DNA of 62,612 bases, counting the filler, from Globobulimina sp. (Eukaryota), in NCBI GenBank assembly GCA_003354225.1. It is 28 parts of 28 records of this genome, joined end to end, with 100 filler letters (N's around TTAATTAATTAA, not from the genome) between each part and the next. Parts side by side here need not be neighbours in the genome. Positions count along the whole stretch, not along the records: positions 1 to 2,142 come from PIVH01008678.1; positions 2,243 to 4,384 come from PIVH01008679.1; positions 4,485 to 6,626 come from PIVH01008680.1; positions 6,727 to 8,868 come from PIVH01008681.1; positions 8,969 to 11,110 come from PIVH01008682.1; positions 11,211 to 13,352 come from PIVH01008683.1; 22 more parts are not named here. The stretch is one strand, 5' to 3'. The position numbers and the translations under genes were made by a program. Position 1 is the stretch's first letter, and each line of letters opens with the position of its first letter. Under the pieces are notes generated by a model, which worked only from the letters and a program-made list of their open reading frames with translations, had not been told where the DNA came from and did no database searches. This document shows, piece after piece, positions 1-12,270 of this stretch.

Positions 1-1177
1 GATTTGGTGGATGCTGTTCCGCCACAAATCCATTCATGTTTTAATGCGTCGGCTGCACTCATTCTATCTGAAACATCATAACACAACAAACCTTGTATAA
101 AATTCTTACAAGACGCAGTAAGATCCATTGGATACAACAATTTCTTTTGTTTTTTATTTACAATATTTGTTAATATCTCCTCATACGAGCTGCCATTAAA
201 TGGTGGACGGCCACACACCAATAAATACGCCAACACTCCAACGCTCCATAAATCTGATTTTTTCAACTCTTTCCCGCTTCTATCACGGATTATCTCTGGA
301 GGCACCTACATGTACAGCATATATATATTTGTGTGATGCGGAAAGAATTCTACAACTAAACGTAATGAACAGTGCCAACAAATTCACTGTACAATAGATC
401 ATCTTTTACCAATTTGCTGTCGCCAAAATCGATAATCTGCAGCACGCCGTCCTTTCCTTCTTTATCAAACACCATATTTTGAGCTTTTATGTCGCGATTA
501 ACTATGTTTAAAGAGTGCATATAGTGCACTGCGGATAATATGCTTTTTATATATTGCGACGCTTTGCGCTCCGAAAACGATTTCATTTTTATTATTTTCT
601 CCAACATTGTCCCACCCGAACAATATTCAGTGGCAATGTAATAATATTTGTCATCAACATAACAATCGTAATAGCGTAATATATTTGGATGATGCAACTT
701 TTTTAATAACTGCACTTCCTGGCAAAATAACGCAGCATTTGAGGCAGGCTTTTTATTTATTTCTTTGATAGCATACAGTTTATTGTTTGAAATGTTCTGT
801 GCTTTGAATACACGACAACTGGCACCCCGGCCCAACTGTTTTAGGTAACGGAAAGAGGAGTTTATATTTGATATTCTGTTTTCTTTTGGAACGAAGGATA
901 ATTGATCATTCTCTGAGTGTGGTGGTTTTTGTTGGATTAATTTTAGATCTTTTTCATATTGTTTCTCAACTTCATCCACAATATCTGTTAAAAAAGCATC
1001 CAATTCATTTGTGTCATACATTTGTAACGTTTTGGTAAGGCTTTCTTGAAACGATTTGTGTGCGGATGTGGATTTTGTCTGTTTACAGCGATGCGATCCT
1101 ATGGATTGTTTGTCAGCTGTTGGGAGAACTTGGTGTGTCTTGTTTAATTTGGGCGGTGTTCTTTGTGTATTCCCCAT
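1..1177 (-). CDS. CaMK/CDPK-like Ser/Thr protein kinase, 3'-partial, intron 306..361
   Basis: GRGASCRV G-loop, AIK, NRDIKAQN and DFG. Splicing the GT..AG intron 306-361 continues VPPE..SDLWSVGV..GRPPF..RMSAADALKHEWI. Probable start is MGNTQ at 1177. Confidence 0.9.
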
Positions 1178-1292
1178 GTTTGGAAGGTGTAAAGTGGTTA
1201 AAATGGATTGAACTGACAAAATGCTGAGATATCAAAAATCTGAATTTTAGTTATCTTACAGTTGAATTAATTGATCATTTCATTAATAATAT

Positions 1293-1895
1293 TCATGATT
1301 CATCAATCATATCAAGTTTCCATTTTGCTTCTAACTGACGTAATTTTCGTATTCCTTTACCTTGCACATCAAACCAAAATATACACCATAACCAATGTCG
1401 TCTTTCTTTACAATTTAAATCTCGAAATAATTTACGCACATTTTGATTTTCAATGATATCTTTAACAGCTTCTAAATCCGGAAATGAATCGATAAATTGA
1501 ATATCATTCGCTTTATTTTCCAACTTAACATTTGAAAATGCAAATTTTGGAATACATGGCGTATAAATCGTATTTATTTTTGTATTTTGAAATAAATTTA
1601 CGTCTTCCAATAAATTACTTAATTCATTTACATCCTCACGATCATTGACAACAAAATATTGCAAGTTATGTGCGCCTCTTCCATCCATTAATAATGCTTT
1701 TACATAAACCAACGAATTATTTAACAGCACAATCTGTTTAATTTTATGTCTACAAAAACTAAAATCAAACCGAAACATTTCGTTTCTTTCTCGATTCATG
1801 CATTTCAGTACAAGAATTTCAATGTTTTCAGGTAAGACCAATGTAAATGGATTATCTTTGTTATATATATCATTATTTACAGAAATTGCTTTCAA
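1293..1895 (-). CDS. Hypothetical protein (5' end uncertain; frame open to ~2115)
   Basis: Open frame of more than 200 aa in AT-rich DNA; no recognised motif. Confidence 0.45.
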   Translation of the reverse strand: MKAISVNNDIYNKDNPFTLVLPENIEILVLKCMNRERNEMFRFDFSFCRHKIKQIVLLNNSLVYVKALLMDGRGAHNLQYFVVNDREDVNELSNLLEDVNLFQNTKINTIYTPCIPKFAFSNVKLENKANDIQFIDSFPDLEAVKDIIENQNVRKLFRDLNCKERRHWLWCIFWFDVQGKGIRKLRQLEAKWKLDMIDES

Positions 1896-2142
1896 ATTTA
1901 AATCTAAAACAAATATACTTAAAGTCTCTTCGTGGGAAAATAAAAATAATTGCAGTTTATCAAATATATTCTGGTCCCATTTTGTTCGCGTGTCATCTAA
2001 AAAAAAAGTAAACCAATATAAGGATGGAAATTTATCGTTTAATTCAATCGAATCAGACCAAACACCATCGGTGGCAATGGCGAATAACTGACATTGCGGA
2101 AATACAAATATTTCATTTTAGGATTTCTAACTTTTCTCTTCT

Positions 2143-2242
2143 NNNNNNNNNNNNNNNNNNNNNNNNNNNNNNNNNNNNNNNNNNNNTTAATTAATTAANN
2201 NNNNNNNNNNNNNNNNNNNNNNNNNNNNNNNNNNNNNNNNNN
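2143..2242. other. Artificial contig linker (first of 27 identical linkers, one every ~2.24 kb)
   Basis: N44-TTAATTAATTAA-N44 puts stops in all six frames and recurs throughout. The contigs between linkers are 2142, 2142 ... 2138, 2137 bp, i.e. length-sorted. Confidence 0.98.
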
Positions 2243-2524
2243 TTTTCACATAAAGTTATAAGTATATTACATATAACCGGTTCTATCTCGATCGGTTCTG
2301 TCTGAATATATCGTAGATAGTTTAGTGTGAAAAGAGAATATGCGAAACTGCGCATAAATGTGTAGAAAGTAGAAACGTTGTTCAGTTGCGTTTGTTGACT
2401 ATGAACATAGTCACTGTCACATAGAGATATGGATCAGATCAGAATGGGCAAAATATAACAAGTTAAATTAAATAAAACTAGATATCGATTCTACAGACGT
2501 CAAAAATGTAACCACACATTTATT

Positions 2525-3883
2525 TTATTGTGATAATAATGTAATTTGTGAAATAATTCCACCAATTCCTAATACAATACCAATCAACAACAAAATAGCT
2601 AATAAAATCACAAAATATGTTTTCTTTTTATTTGCTGTATTATAATTATTAACCAATCCAATTTTTAAAGCCATTAATATTGGAAATATACATATTAAAA
2701 ATAAGACAGTGACAGCACCCTCAATGCTTGAAACCGGACCAACATCTTCAACAAACAAAGCAATGCTTAATAAAGTAAATTGAGAGGATAATATTACAAA
2801 TATTCTTATAAATTTATTATCATCGAAATTATATTTATATCCCCGTTTTTTACTAAAAAATTTGTTTTCTATTGTTTGCAAACATGATTTAAATGCAATC
2901 GGATATGAACCAATTATGCTTGTATTATATGATAATCTGGCAATGATAAAAAATATATTATCATTCGGGAAATTATTAAATATATCACTTTGCGTATTTG
3001 AACCAAATAAATAATAGCCAGAAACTGCAAATATTAAATAAATTATAGTAACTAAAATATATGAAAATATTATAATGAATGACATTGTTTTGGCATTCCT
3101 GTTTCTTAATTGTTGGTACATGACAGGAACAGAGTACTGGGAAACACTCGCTTTTGATACGACATTGGTGACGATTAATATTTGGTAATTATTAAAATTA
3201 AAATAATTAAACCCATGGCCAGCTTCTGTTATGTTACTTGTTTTCGCAAATAGTGCGAGTGCAACAATTAAAATAACACAATACGAAGTAGCAATAATGC
3301 CAATAATTGAACTTATTTTTAATGCTTTCAATTGTTTTAACAACGACAATGGTAATAATATAAATAAAAAGACAATGCTAATATATATTTGTCTGTCATA
3401 AGTAAATCTTAAATCTGGATTTATTCCATCGATTGCTTCCGTTGTAAAGTCACCGATTAATATAAAATATGAAAGTAAAGTACTTAACGTTACATAAATT
3501 ACTATCAACGCTCCTGATATTTCACAATATGGATGTATATACTTTAGCAATTCCGAATATTCAAAGATTTGGGTTTTTTCACACCCATTTAATACAAATA
3601 TACAAGTTAAACATGAATACAATGAACCAAATATTAATCCAATTATGCCTTCAACTAATGACGATTTACCAAATGCCCAGGGAAGTGATAGCATTCCAGC
3701 GCCGCCATAGATAAATTTTATGTTATTCAGGATTGCTACACTTGTGCTTGTAGTCATAGTAGTAATATCAGTCTCATATTTCTCACTTTCATTCAATAAC
3801 GATGTAGATTCAGTTAGCTTGTTTATTTTGACTGCATCTTGATCTTGGTGTTGATTTGCGTTATTGACACTCATCAGTCTCAT
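2525..3883 (-). CDS. Amino acid transporter (Aa_trans / SLC38-like)
   Basis: GAGMLSLPWAF motif in TM1, GYYLFG, and about 11 hydrophobic segments. Confidence 0.9.
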   Translation of the reverse strand: MRLMSVNNANQHQDQDAVKINKLTESTSLLNESEKYETDITTMTTSTSVAILNNIKFIYGGAGMLSLPWAFGKSSLVEGIIGLIFGSLYSCLTCIFVLNGCEKTQIFEYSELLKYIHPYCEISGALIVIYVTLSTLLSYFILIGDFTTEAIDGINPDLRFTYDRQIYISIVFLFILLPLSLLKQLKALKISSIIGIIATSYCVILIVALALFAKTSNITEAGHGFNYFNFNNYQILIVTNVVSKASVSQYSVPVMYQQLRNRNAKTMSFIIIFSYILVTIIYLIFAVSGYYLFGSNTQSDIFNNFPNDNIFFIIARLSYNTSIIGSYPIAFKSCLQTIENKFFSKKRGYKYNFDDNKFIRIFVILSSQFTLLSIALFVEDVGPVSSIEGAVTVLFLICIFPILMALKIGLVNNYNTANKKKTYFVILLAILLLIGIVLGIGGIISQITLLSQ

Positions 3884-4004
3884 CGAGAATGAAGTAGCTA
3901 GTATAGGTTTTTCATACAGAGCCGCCACTGATGACTGTGACTTTGCAAGAACTGAGTGCAAATCAAATTGGATGAAAATGTTAATATTAAAATATCAAAA
4001 TTAT

Positions 4005-4384
4005 TTAACAATAAAGAAAACATGGATAATATTGTAAGACAAGTTTTTTTAAATAAAATGGAAAATTATATAATGTGCTCTCATTATTTTGCATTTCGTT
4101 AATATATCCAAATATTAATTTATTATATTTATTATCTCTATAAAGATTATTCAATTTTAATGGTATCATATCGGTTAAACATATTTTATAATGAGTTCTA
4201 AGGTCAATATCTCGATTAGCTCCAGTAATAAAATAAACATAGTTATCCATTGCATTAGCCATTGCATGAGGTGGTTTGCCTGACACTGGCAGAATTTTAT
4301 CACATTCAAACCATTTTGATGTTAATAAATCAAAAAACATAATTTTTACATTATCAAACCTAACCAATAATAAATGGTCAAATA
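4005..4384 (-). CDS. C-terminal fragment of a kelch-like protein
   Basis: IMFFDLLTSKW..YVYFITG blade-like segment followed by an LIFGYI..FPFYLKKLVLQYY tail; truncated by the contig end. Confidence 0.5.
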
Positions 4385-4924
4385 NNNNNNNNNNNNNNNN
4401 NNNNNNNNNNNNNNNNNNNNNNNNNNNNTTAATTAATTAANNNNNNNNNNNNNNNNNNNNNNNNNNNNNNNNNNNNNNNNNNNNTCTAGACTTTTTCTTT
4501 TTTAATTTTCAAAAATCCATTGGATTTTAATGAAATTAGCTGTGTGACTTCGTTATAAAATTTTTCATTTTTATGTTTTCTTATTCCTTTTTTGTTTGTT
4601 TAGCACTAAAAATAATAACTTGAGTGTCTGTGTGTGTGTGATTGCGACATTTTTATTTGTCTCAATTTTGCCCAATCTTGTTTTGACTGTGGATTTCTGT
4701 TTATTTTAAATTTAACTCAAGATATTTTCAATTAACGTACGTCATATTCGCATAAAATGAAACATTTCTTTTCAGAAACTTTGAAACGTTTGTATACAAA
4801 TATATATATGGTATACAAATATATAACGCATTAAACGCAAAAACTTTAAAAACCTCATCTATTTTAAAGTCTGTACCATGCCATGGATGATATTTTTAGG
4901 ATTGTAAATATCCCCAAGACTTAA

Positions 4925-6626
4925 ATGGATGAAAAAGCTGTACTAATCAGTGCTCAAATAATAGAATATTCATCGACATATTCTCAATCAATCGCTCCGA
5001 GAGATAGTTCATTCTCTTTGCCTCGATGCTTCCACAGATTCACAAAGTGCATTGAAACACATTTTAAATTGGATGAACGCAATCCAAGGGGTTCATGGAA
5101 GACAGAATTAAAGGCTGCATTTGCAGACTATGTTACTATGGCGTACATGTTAATTGATACATAACCCAAAAGCGTTTTTATTTACATTTTCGTAATATAT
5201 TTATATTTATATTTATTTACTACCCATACAGATTAGCAGTGAATGCAAGCATGCTGACACAAACAGGAGGAACATGTAACAATGCTTCATCTCCACCAAC
5301 ATTTTCACCAACAACTGACGATATCTGTTCCATTCCAGTTGCAACATCAGATCCATGTCTACATAAATTAAGATTATCACTGATTACAGCCACTGCAGCA
5401 TCGACATGCATATCAACATTAATAATGGGAATAGTGGCAAATCAACCCTTCGCATTAGCACCTGGCATGCGTATGAATGTGTACTTTGTTTATAGCGTAG
5501 TTGGCACATATTCAAGCCCGAAAGGGCTCAATTACGAGGCCGCATTATTTGCGACACTGTTGGAAGGATGCATATTTTTATTAGCTTCTGCATTTGGTAT
5601 TACTTCCTATATTATCAAACTAATCCCAATGCATATAAAACTAGCTATTACTGCAGGAATTGGCTTATTTTTAGCACGTATTGGCTTCGAAAAAGATCAA
5701 GGTATTGGCTTAATTGATGGCGATGAAATACTGTTTGGCTACGATGCAATACTTGGTATATGTGGTGCATTGTTAATGGTGGTTTTATCTATACGCAAAG
5801 TTCCAGGCAGTATGCTTTGGTCAATGTTAATTATATCATTTATATCATATGGATGGTGTGGATGGCGTGGCCAATGGAAAGAATTTGAGCAAATATGGCG
5901 AGTGCCAAGAACAGTTGAATATATTCCGCGAAACATATTTAGTTTTTCCTCCTTAACAAGAGATGACAGCGCGGGATATTTTGAATTTGTTGAGGCAGGA
6001 ATAACATTCTTAGTCATTGACATATTGGATACGACGCAAACTTTATATGAATTGGCAGATGTTTTGGATAATAATGATTTTGAGGAATCAAAACATGCAT
6101 TTTGCGCAGATGCTGCGGGGACTATTATAGGCGCATTATTTGGCACATCACCGGTTACCACTTTTGTAGAAAGTTCAAGTGGAATACACCAAGGTGGAAG
6201 AACTGGAATTACTGCAATCTTTTTATCTATTTTTTTTGGCATTTCGGTATTTTTTAGCCCCATATTTGCGTCAATACCGCGTTATGCAACAGGTGCATGT
6301 TTAATTATTTTTGGAGTTATGAATATAAGATTTTATATTGGGAATATAAATTGGTCCGCACCAAGAATTGGCATACCAGCTGCATTAACTATGATTGTAA
6401 TGCCATTTACTAAATCTATTACTTACGGCATTGTTGCGGGATGTTTATCTGATCTGTTTATCAAATGTATAGATAAATTGATTGGTTGTTGTATATGGAG
6501 ATTTGGGCCATGTTCTTGCTCTAAACCTAGAGCTTTAAGTGATTTAGGTGACAATCAAATTATATACATCAGTACAACACAAGAGACATATACTCCATCA
6601 ATACAGCAACAACATGTACAATCCAT
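4925..6626 (+). CDS. AzgA-type (NCS2 family) purine permease, intron 5149..5231, 3'-partial
   Basis: Spliced TMAY-ILAVN, NQPFALAPGM, GTSPVTTFVESSSGIHQGGRTG and MPFTKSITYG are AzgA/Azg signatures. Confidence 0.92.
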
Positions 6627-6798
6627 NNNNNNNNNNNNNNNNNNNNNNNNNNNNNNNNNNNNNNNNNNNNTTAATTAATTAANNNNNNNNNNNNNNNNNN
6701 NNNNNNNNNNNNNNNNNNNNNNNNNNGATTATCGTTTATGAAAAATCTCTTACGTTCAATTTATGATAGACCAAACAAAAAAAAATGTATACAATGTA

Positions 6799-6808
6799 GT
6801 GCAAGGAT
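6799..6808 (-). repeat. ATCCTTGCAC dispersed motif copy, downstream of Nup155
   Basis: Exact GTGCAAGGAT on the + strand. Confidence 0.8.
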
Positions 6809-6966
6809 AATGTATACAATTTCAAAGGAAAAGTGTTTCAAACATGTTCTATTCTAAAGTATGTTGACTAAACAAAGTGGATCCAAAGAGAATATTTAAT
6901 TTAAAAAGACAAAGTGAAAAACCTTAAATAAAAAAGAAAGCTTTGTAAATATCATTAGAGTCTTCT

Positions 6967-8868
6967 TTAAAGAGAATATTGTTCCGCCAACTCATGAAAT
7001 TGTTTTGTTAGCTCAATAATCTGTGGTGCATTCCGTCGATTATTTTGCCGTTCTAAATAATTGATACAATTTTGAATTAAATCTTGTGTATTTGAGGTGG
7101 CAGAAATAATCGAATGAGAAGTATTGACCAAAGTACCTAACCGCGGATTGGCATAATTATTATTATTCAAACTATTGCTATGATTCATCGGTTGCGCCGG
7201 TATTTTTTTTGTAATTAAATAATAGATCGATTCAATAATATTGATTTTATATTCATTTTCAATTTGATTCAACAAATACTTGTAATTCTGTATTAATTCC
7301 ATATATTTAATATCTTTGATCTTCGGATAAATGGCATCAATGATAATCGTATTGGAGGGCAACTTATGTGTTTTGTAATTGGTTTTATTTAAATACAATA
7401 AAATGCTGCACATATCAAACATCCATGGCTGTTGTTGCAAATTATATTTATTTACAATTTTATGAAAATTATTCAATAAATGTGTGGTCCATTCGTTTTT
7501 ATACTTTTTTATAATATTTGCAATGTACAACAACCAGCATCCATTCACATGTTCGATGGTGGAGCCGTCGTTGGTAAACGATAAACAATCCAATGCATAG
7601 GAAAACAGTTCATATTTCTTGGAAATTAAATAAATCCTCTCCAAATTCAGCAATTTATAATTCAAATCATGCAAATCCTGCTCCTCGACCTCGCAATGGA
7701 TGTGGCCATGGCCGCCATTCTCCCGCTCCTTCTCCATTTGCACAATGTCGTGGTAGATATTTAACTGAATGCCGCATAAAATTGATTTTTCCTCAAATTT
7801 ATTGTATTTGTCAGTGATCACATTATGCGGATTATATTGCGATGATTTTATAGTATTTAACGACTGTTTGGTGGCTCGCTTTGCTTCGATTAAAAAATTA
7901 TTCCTTTCTTCTAACTTAAAACCATTTGATTTGGTCAACGCGTCTAACAATTTGATCATTTTATTGATGTCATGATTCTCTTTGTAATAATACACCAATT
8001 TTATTAATCGATTATTCCGATCCACAGCTTGAATGTTATTGTTTTCACTTAAAAAGCCCTCCAAATATCGCGGTTTGTATCGAAACAAAGTATTTATTAA
8101 TTTGTTGCGCAAAAACCATTCATAAAATTTATAATGGAAATCGCGATTAGTTTCGTTTAAACATAATCGCAAAACCCGTTCCTTGGAATGCGACAATAAG
8201 TTATTATTACTCATCGAAATGCCGTCGCAAAGATTATTAGCTCCCACATACAAAATGCGCAGACATTTAAATATCTCATCCCAGGCCATAATAATGCGAT
8301 TGTTCAAATCTTTCATCTCGATCTCAAAATGTTGAACTTGCTCGTTTTGCTGGTACACATTGGCATTATTTTCCTCTCGCTGTTGGACTTGCAATTTCTG
8401 CTTAGAAATATCGTTGATTTTGCGGATTAATTTGTTTTGCAACGTAAACACTAATTTAATAGCACCGTTATAATATTTGTAATTAATTAATAATTTACAC
8501 ACATCGGAAATGTCAAACGATTTATCGTCGCAAACCTGTCCATTACATACAAAATAAAAGAAAATAAAAAGTATAAAGGCAAACCTGTTCAAACATTGAC
8601 AATGATTTCTCCAATAACTCGCCGCTGTTATTTAGCTGCGATTTGGCTAAGAATGTGATCAATTGCGCAGAGGTGAAATATGTGGGACAGTCCGCGTGCA
8701 ATTTACGAATGTCCGTATCGGATAATTTTAATATCATTAACGATATGATGGATTTCAATAAATTGTAACCGCAATCTTTCGTAATTAGCTGTTCAAAGCA
8801 GATATGATGCAATAAATTCTGGTCTTGCGGCGATAATAAATCGTAAATATTGCTAAAAAGACAGCGAC
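6967..8868 (-). CDS. NUP155: Nucleoporin Nup155/Nup170-like C-terminal region, intron 8536..8584, 5'-partial
   Basis: CPTYF..., FHYKFYEWFL..YLEGFL, LVYYY..LEERNNFL..IQ match the Nucleoporin_C pattern. A 49-nt GT-AG intron joins the two ORFs. Confidence 0.75.
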
Positions 8869-9005
8869 NNNNNNNNNNNNNNNNNNNNNNNNNNNNNNNN
8901 NNNNNNNNNNNNTTAATTAATTAANNNNNNNNNNNNNNNNNNNNNNNNNNNNNNNNNNNNNNNNNNNNTTAGTGTTTATTAATTAATATTATTTTATTGA
9001 TTATT

Positions 9006-9645
9006 TTATTGATCATCTTTATTTTCTTCTTGTTTATTGTCATTGCTATCATCGGCTAAGATATTTTTAATTTCTTCAGGGGATTTGCCTTTGATTAAGG
9101 TCGCTATTTTGGCACAACCTAAATGTAATAATGAGGGTAAATCCATATAATTTGCGCCGAGAATGACTTGAAATATGGTTTTTTTATTCATTTTATTGAT
9201 ATAATCGGCGTCCCATTTATCAGCAACAATTCTCTCCATCTTAACAGATCGTATTGGTTTGGCGATCTCCTCTGGTTTTTTGCCGTTATGATGCTTTAAA
9301 TATCCCACAATTAACTCCAAGATATCACCTCTCACTTTCTTAATTGGTATTTTTTTCGCATTCACATCTATTTATTATTTTATTTTTGCGAATTTGCGAT
9401 CGCAATTTCGCAACAATCAATAAATGGAATGGAATGGAATAAAATAAAATAAAATGCATTTTACCTCCTTCCAAGATAGATTTTACCAAATTGCACATTA
9501 AAGCGGCTTTACGCGATATTTCAAATTCACGCGGATTGTCATCCTCTGAAGAAATTAATATTAAACATTCATCATCGCCATCATCTAAACCACCCATTTC
9601 CTCCTCTGGCTCAGCATCCGCATCTGTTTTTGCTTCTGTTGCCAT
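9006..9645 (-). CDS. SKP1: SKP1 (SCF ubiquitin ligase adaptor), intron 9368..9464
   Basis: LILISSE..FEISRKAA..IPIKKVRGDILELIVGYLKHH..WDADYI..ILGANYMDLPSLLHLGCAKIATLIKGKSPEEIK. Confidence 0.95.
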
Positions 9646-10110
9646 TTTGCAATTATTAATTTACTATCGACTTAAAAAAAAGTTACAATGATCAGATGGG
9701 AGACTCTTTTTTTTTACTTGAAGTTTTGTTTAGATTTCATAAACAAGAATACTAAAATAGAAGAATATGCAACCAAGCTGAAAACCTTGTTCAGTTCGAG
9801 TACCCTATGAGTAGAGCAGCAAAGCTCTTGGTATGTTGTTCCTGATGTTATGTTTAGTCTGTTTGCTAATTTTGAGCAAATTCGACGAGAATAATGTATA
9901 TAAAACATAACTCGGTTCACAGCCCCAGTAAAAATACCATAGGATTTTTGGAGATTTGGAATTGGATTTTCGAAGGAAAATTTGATCATAGATGTATTTT
10001 AGAATTGTATGGTATGTTTTATTTTGATATTAATGAATCTGAAGATTGATTCATTGCAATCTATTTATTATTGCATTAAAGTACATTTTCGCCCTTTTTT
10101 AACATATTGT

Positions 10111-10165
10111 GTGGCTGCTCGGTAGCACTGGTTCACACCGATCAGGTTCGACTCCTGTGCGCCAC
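10111..10165 (+). ncRNA. Miniature tRNA-like element (55 nt)
   Basis: Acceptor-like stem GTGGC/GCCAC, arm TGCT-cggt-AGCA, arm GGT-tcac-ACC, and T-arm CAGG-TTCGACT-CCTG (B-box). Confidence 0.6.
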
Positions 10166-10405
10166 GGGTATGTCATGGGGCGATTGGTTGATTGGTAAAT
10201 GCGGATATGGAACAATGGAATTATGGAAGTATTAATTCAGATGAATATAAAAACCCATTGCAAATCGGTGAGGAATATATTATTGTATGCAAATTATTTG
10301 TTGTTTTATCCATGAAAAATAAGAAAATATTAAAACAATTTAATGGTGCTGAATAATTGGCTCTTTTCAAACTGCCAGAACAAAAGTATAACATATTATA
10401 TATAA

Positions 10406-10696
10406 CAGAAATTATTCAGTTTGCTAAAGGTAATAAGCAGTGCAAAGTGATCAAAAATCAATAAGGAAATACACTTATACACAGTTGACTTTTTAGGTTC
10501 ACACTTCTAAACACTTCTTTTGTGATTGGCAAGGTTTTTAGGTTAGCTAGGGTGGTTTTCAACTTTGAATACTAGGATTCGAACACTAGGTGAATTAAAA
10601 TATATTGATGATATCAAATATTTACAATGTAATATTAAATATATATTTTTTGATCACTTTGCCTGCTTATTACCTTTAGCAAACTGAATTGTTCTG
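10406..10696. mobile_element. MITE-like element with ~45-bp terminal inverted repeats
   Basis: ATTCAGTTTGCTAAAGGTAATAAGCAGTGCAAAGTGATCAAAAA (10414-10457) is the reverse complement of ~10647-10689 with one indel. The ~190-bp interior is non-coding. Confidence 0.7.
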
Positions 10697-11043
10697 AAAG
10701 TTTGTAAACAAACAGAGTTCATTTCATACAATGTTTTAGTCAATTTACTGAATTGAGGCCATTAAAACAAAAAGAAAAAAAAAAGAAAAAAAGTATGAAT
10801 ATGCACAGGATAGTTAGATAATATCTAGGGAGGTCAAATTGGTTCCCCGCTCATCCCATGTAGGTAGAAATGAGAAATCCTATAACAAACACAAAAAGTA
10901 TATAATTTATAGTAGATGTACGTCAATTGGTGGTGCTAATAATTAAAATTTAAACTTGTCAAAAACATTTGTTACAAACACTTACAACAATAACAATAAC
11001 AATAACATACCATAACAAAACAATTATTTATTTATTTATTTAT

Positions 11044-11110
11044 TTATGCCCAAATGCGTAGTATTTTATCCCAACAGCCGGTAGCAATGGAATAGCCATT
11101 GGGCGCGGCC
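11044..11110 (-). CDS. G-protein beta subunit, last 21 aa
   Basis: AAPNGYSIATGCWDKILRIWA* matches the G-beta C-terminal ATGSWD..LRIW motif. Confidence 0.7.
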
Positions 11111-11210
11111 NNNNNNNNNNNNNNNNNNNNNNNNNNNNNNNNNNNNNNNNNNNNTTAATTAATTAANNNNNNNNNNNNNNNNNNNNNNNNNNNNNNNNNN
11201 NNNNNNNNNN

Positions 11211-11642
11211 TTGCCACTGCGTTTGTTGAGTCTGATCATTCAGATAATAAACTTTATTCTGCTCAGTATACGCTTTCCTCCATCCAACTGGTAATTCTTT
11301 CTCTTGCTCCATTGTTAAAACTGGAGGAACATTCACATATGTTTCAGTTTGGTTATTTTTCTTAGTTTGTTTTCTTTGTTGGTTTTGATGAATATATTTT
11401 TCTTTCATAATATCTTTATCTTTTTTATCTTTGTAGCCCAAATAAGAGAGACATATTGAAATTATGATAGTGATTATTCCATACGTGATACCACCAATAT
11501 AATACAGTAAATATTGTACTGACAAATTTAATCCACGCAATATGTTACCACCAACAGCATATAACACGATGATCAAAACTATAATGAAACATATAGCATA
11601 TTTAAAAATATTTGAAGTGCAAAGTTTTTGTCTGAGATTCAA
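11211..11642 (-). CDS. Membrane protein with WW domain (partial)
   Basis: Two TM segments, then LPVGWRKAYTEQNKVYYLNDQTQQTQW. Confidence 0.75.
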
Positions 11643-11838
11643 TTGATTTTGAACCGGTGCAAGTTGAAATCTTGAGATTTGTGTGGATTATAGCACCTTT
11701 ATATAGGCTCCTTTGCCATTGACTTAGTAACTGTGTGACTGAAGTGTTTAACTTAAAGTTTTCTAGTTACATATTGTATTGTCTTTACCTTTGAATCCTA
11801 CTTCCTATCTCTAGCAACCTAAGCAAGTATACAAGTCT

Positions 11839-12063
11839 CTACATTTGTTGATGTTGAATTGGTTTTTGTTGCTGCCGATGATGTTGTTGGTATTGATGAT
11901 AACATGATGGACAAAGATCATAATTGCATTTACGACAACTATACACATACACGTAGCCGGAATGGCGGGGTGGAATTGTAATACCGCATCTGTCACATCT
12001 CACGGATGCTAATCCATGTGAAACACCTTGTAACCCTCCATGTGGACATGATGCTTGAGACAT
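11839..12063 (-). CDS. ZZ-type zinc-finger exon or small protein
   Basis: CDRCG...YSCRKCNYDLCPSCY. May be exon 1 of the WW gene. Confidence 0.6.
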   Translation of the reverse strand: MSQASCPHGGLQGVSHGLASVRCDRCGITIPPRHSGYVYVYSCRKCNYDLCPSCYHQYQQHHRQQQKPIQHQQM

Positions 12064-12270
12064 AAAAACATTCACTGACTGACACAGACTAATTAAGTAT
12101 TCATGGCTTGTTGGAAACATTTTTCGTTTATCATTGATACAAATATCATCACTTACTGAGCTTTATGTTTGATGGAAATTGTGCGCGCGGGATAAGAGTA
12201 AATTGATTTATACGCAAATAAATTACATACACTCACTGCAGACAAAATAATAAAGATCGTGATTACCCCA

